Origin: Leucoraja ocellata
Lineage: Eukaryota
Length of the DNA stretch: 64,000 bases
Direction: 5' to 3'
Assembly (NCBI GenBank): GCA_036785375.1
Contig: JAWMAR010001141.1
Coordinates: forward strand, 248,001 to 312,000
Position numbers and translations under genes: made by a program. Positions 60,737-64,000 of this stretch are shown here, in pieces (positions within the stretch are counted from its first letter, which is position 1; each line of letters starts with the position of its first letter). The notes beneath the pieces were generated by a model. The model was not told where the DNA came from and did no database searches. It saw only the letters and a program-made list of their open reading frames with translations.

Positions 60737-63700
60737 AGTTTTATCCAAGGAGACCATGTTAGCACTGAACTGCTGCTCAGCTCTTAGTCCTCAGACTGAA
60801 CGGTCTGACAAATATGGTATGTATTAAGAATGAGGAAGAAGGGAACAGGAAACCTGATTGTGAAACCAGCATGAGACTGATGAAAAAATCTGAAACTTTA
60901 GAATTTGAAGTTGTCTCAGTTAAATTTAAGGTACACAAAAATGGTGGAGAAACTCAGCGGCTGCAGCAGCATCTATGGAGCGAAGGAAATAGGCAACGTT
61001 TCGGGCAGTAACCCTTCTTCAGACTGATAGGGGGTGGCGGGGAGAAGGAAGGAAAAAGGAGGAGGAGGAGTCCGAGGGCTGGGGGATGGGAGGAGACAGC
61101 AAGGGCTGACAAAATTGGGAAAATTCGATGTTCATGCCCGCAGGATGCAGACTCCCCAAGCGAAATATGAGGTGCTGTTCCTCCAATTTCCGGTGTTGCT
61201 CACTCTGGCAATGGAGGAGACCCAGGACATAGAGGTCGGAATGGGAATGGGAGGGGAAGTTGAAGTGCTGAGCCACGGGATGTCAGGTAGGTTCTTGTGG
61301 ACCAAGCGGAGGTGTTCGGAGGTGTTTAATCAAAGTTAGATTTAGTTCTGTTTAGTCAGTTAAATTTAGTTCTGATTAGTTTAGTAAACAAGTCCATGCT
61401 GATCAGCAATCCTTGCACATTAACACTATCCTACACACACTAGGAACAGTTTTTTTTACTTTTACCAAGCCAATTTACCTACATACCTGTACGTCTGGAG
61501 TGTAAAATAAAAGTAATCCAATTTTCATTGACTGATGAAAGTAGTCCAGCCTTTTATTTTTTTATTTTTTACTTTTGGAGATACTTGTGGAAACAGGCCC
61601 TTTGGCCCACTGAGTCCGCACCGACCAGCGATGACCCCGCACACTAGCACCATTCTACACTCTAGAAACAGTTTACAATTTTTCTTACCAAAGGTAATCA
61701 ACCTACAAACCTGTACGTCTTTGGGATGTGGGAGGAAACCGGAGCACCCGGAGGAAACCCATGCAGTCGCAGGGAGAATGTACAAACTCTGCACAGACAG
61801 CACCCATAGTCGGGATTGAATCTAGGTCTCTGGCGCTGTGAGAGGGGGCGGGCGTCTTTAATCTGTCTGGGGTGACATGGCTCTTGGGTTAGGCTGGGAT
61901 CATTCTCTGCGGGATGATCTTAGTGCGGGAGACAAGTGTAGGACAGGTGTACTGACTGTGGGCAGACACTTTGGAAGTGATTGCCCACCAGTCTCAAAAG
62001 CCGCTGTGTCTCCCTGTCCCTGGGATTAGCAGGGGGTGACCTAACAGCACAATATTCCCCTCCCCCTCCATGCCAACACAAAGGGCAATGATCCCAAGGC
62101 TTTAGCGTCAGGAACAGCGGGCAGGTGACAAAGAGTGGTGAATCGCTGGAATTCTGTGCCACAGAAGGTTGTTGAGGCCAGTTCATTGGCTATATTTAAG
62201 AGGGAGTTGGATGTGGCCCTTGTGGCTAAAGGTATCATGGGGTATGGAGAGATGGCAGGTACAGGATACTGAGTTGGATGATCAGCCATGATCATATTGA
62301 ATGGCGGTGCAGGCTCGAAGGGCCGAATGGCCTACTCCTGCATCTATTTTCTATGTTTCTTTTTAAAAAAAAATTTTAAACAATTTTAAATTTTTAAAAT
62401 TTTTTTAAATTATTTTTTTTAAAAGATAGAAATAAAAGGAGTAAGGAAAATGAGCAAGAATCGTGAAGGTGCAGGAAAGTGTTGGGAAAAGAAAGCCCCT
62501 TAGGGAAGAAGTTAGAGAAGGAAGTAAAGAAAGGAAATAAGACCCTAAAAAGAAAAGAAAGAAAAGGAAAAACAATCACTCTATTGTAACACAAAACTCG
62601 CAAAAAAGGATATACCAACCGTGTTTTGAAAAAAAAATGTATTTTATACCCCCCGTTACCAGATCCTGGTATTATTTATATTTTAAATTACTATTGCACC
62701 TTATGCTATGTTTCTATGTTTCTATGAAGGAACTGCAGATGCTCGTTAAAACCGAAGATTGGCTCAAAAACCTAGAGTTATTCATTGGGTGAGGCAGCAT
62801 CTTTGGAGTAAAGGAATAGGTGATGTTTTGAGTCGAGACCTTTCTTCAGACAAAGTTAGGGGAAAGGGAAACAAGGGTAACAAGGGAAACAAGTCTCTTA
62901 CCTAGAGTAGGGGAATCAAGACTCAGGGGACAAGGCTTCAGGTGAAAGCGAAAATATTTAATAGGATCCTGAGGGGCATCATTTTTTTACACAGTGAGTT
63001 GTGGGTGTATGGAATGAGCTAACTGATGAGGTAGTTGAGGCAGGTGCTACAAAAACATTTTAAAGGCATTTGGACAGTTACATGAATTGGACTAGTTTAG
63101 TAGGAGATGGACCAAATGCTGGCAGGAGGAACTAGAGTAGATGGGGCATCTTAGTTGATGTGATATGACAATCAAGCACACTAAACGCTTGCGTTTAACA
63201 ATACAATACAAAACAGTACAAAATCGACCAAATGTCCTCGACATGGATTCAGTTCCAGTGCGTAAAAAAAGTTATGAGAAGAATATACCTTGCACTATAT
63301 TTGTTTTGAGTACTGTTGATATCAATCTTGTAATTGGAGATAGTGTGGTTGTCATTGGTTCTGTTATAAAAATATATGTTATTGTTAATGTTTAATGTTT
63401 TAGGTGTCACTCCTAATGTCACAGTATGTCACATGTCACTCCTAATGTCACTGTATGTCACATTGCACTTGTGGGCAGAGCACCAAGGCAAATTCCTTGT
63501 ATGTGAATACTTGGTCAATAAACCTATTCATTCATAAACCTATTCATTCATTATTCATTCATCATTCCTTCATAAGTTTATTCAAGTTCTGTTGAGGCAA
63601 GGAAATAAAATTAAGTCTCAGCTGTTTTCACATGCAGTGAATAAAGAGAACAAGATTGTCAGATGGAACCCATTGCTTTGAGTAAAGTGCCAATTAGTTT

Positions 63701-64000
63701 GAGGGATACGGTGACTTTCCTTCAGTGGAATTGGACGTCTTAGTTGAGTTTAGTTTAGTTTAGAGATACAGCATGGAAACAGGACCTTTGGCCCACCTAG
63801 TTGATGCCAACCAGCTATCTCCTCTGCACACCAGCACTATCCTGCATACACTAGGGTCAATTTACAATTTTACCAAAGCCAATTAACCTACAAACCTGCA
63901 CGTCTTTGGAGTGTGGGAAGAAACCAAAGATCTCAGAGAAAAGCCACTTGGTCATGGGGAGAACATACAAACTCCGTACAGACAGCACCCGTATCGAACC
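59416..64000. repeat. Tandem segmental duplication unit C (partial)
   Basis: Colinear with 1-2430 and with 29445-34220. Confidence 0.95.
60700..60736 (-). CDS. Inhibitory receptor B leader exon (MWIPMLLIYSLP)
   Basis: ATG, hydrophobic core, G|gtaagt. Confidence 0.85.

Noticed and set aside
1-64000. Units as allelic haplotypes assembled in tandem
   Set aside because: Three copies with distinct TE content and contiguous junctions argue against it, though long reads are needed to exclude it fully
1-64000. CRISPR arrays, rRNA or tRNA genes, prokaryotic systems
   Set aside because: No regularly spaced repeats; tRNA-like A/B boxes are SINE heads; the sequence is spliced eukaryotic DNA

Overview
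This is repeat-rich vertebrate genomic DNA. The SINE/LINE/Penelope repertoire and receptor type suggest a cartilaginous fish, probably a skate (inference). The window is a head-to-tail tandem array of a ~29.5-30 kb unit: A 1-29444, B 29445-59415, C 59416-end (partial). Manual splicing (GT-AG, phase-consistent) gives two minus-strand Ig-superfamily receptor genes per repeat, both with a CD300/pIgR/TREM-type V domain (MDIR-like). (i) An inhibitory-type receptor: leader-V-stalk-neutral TM-tail with ITIM/ITSM motifs, 283/284 aa, two complete copies plus the leader exon of a third. (ii) An activating-type receptor: leader-V-C2-like Ig-stalk with CTEC-TM with Arg-short Tyr-free tail, 298 aa in copy B; the C2 exon of copy A falls in an assembly gap. 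The locus therefore looks like a paired activating/inhibitory receptor cassette amplified as a unit. Copies differ by strongly nonsynonymous V-domain changes, three N-glycosylation sequons, an ITSM Tyr/Cys change, and copy-specific CR1 and Penelope insertions/deletions. Many Penelope-derived fragments carry minimal hammerhead ribozyme cores. All gene models are predictions with no transcript evidence, and most short ORFs in the track are repeat-derived noise.
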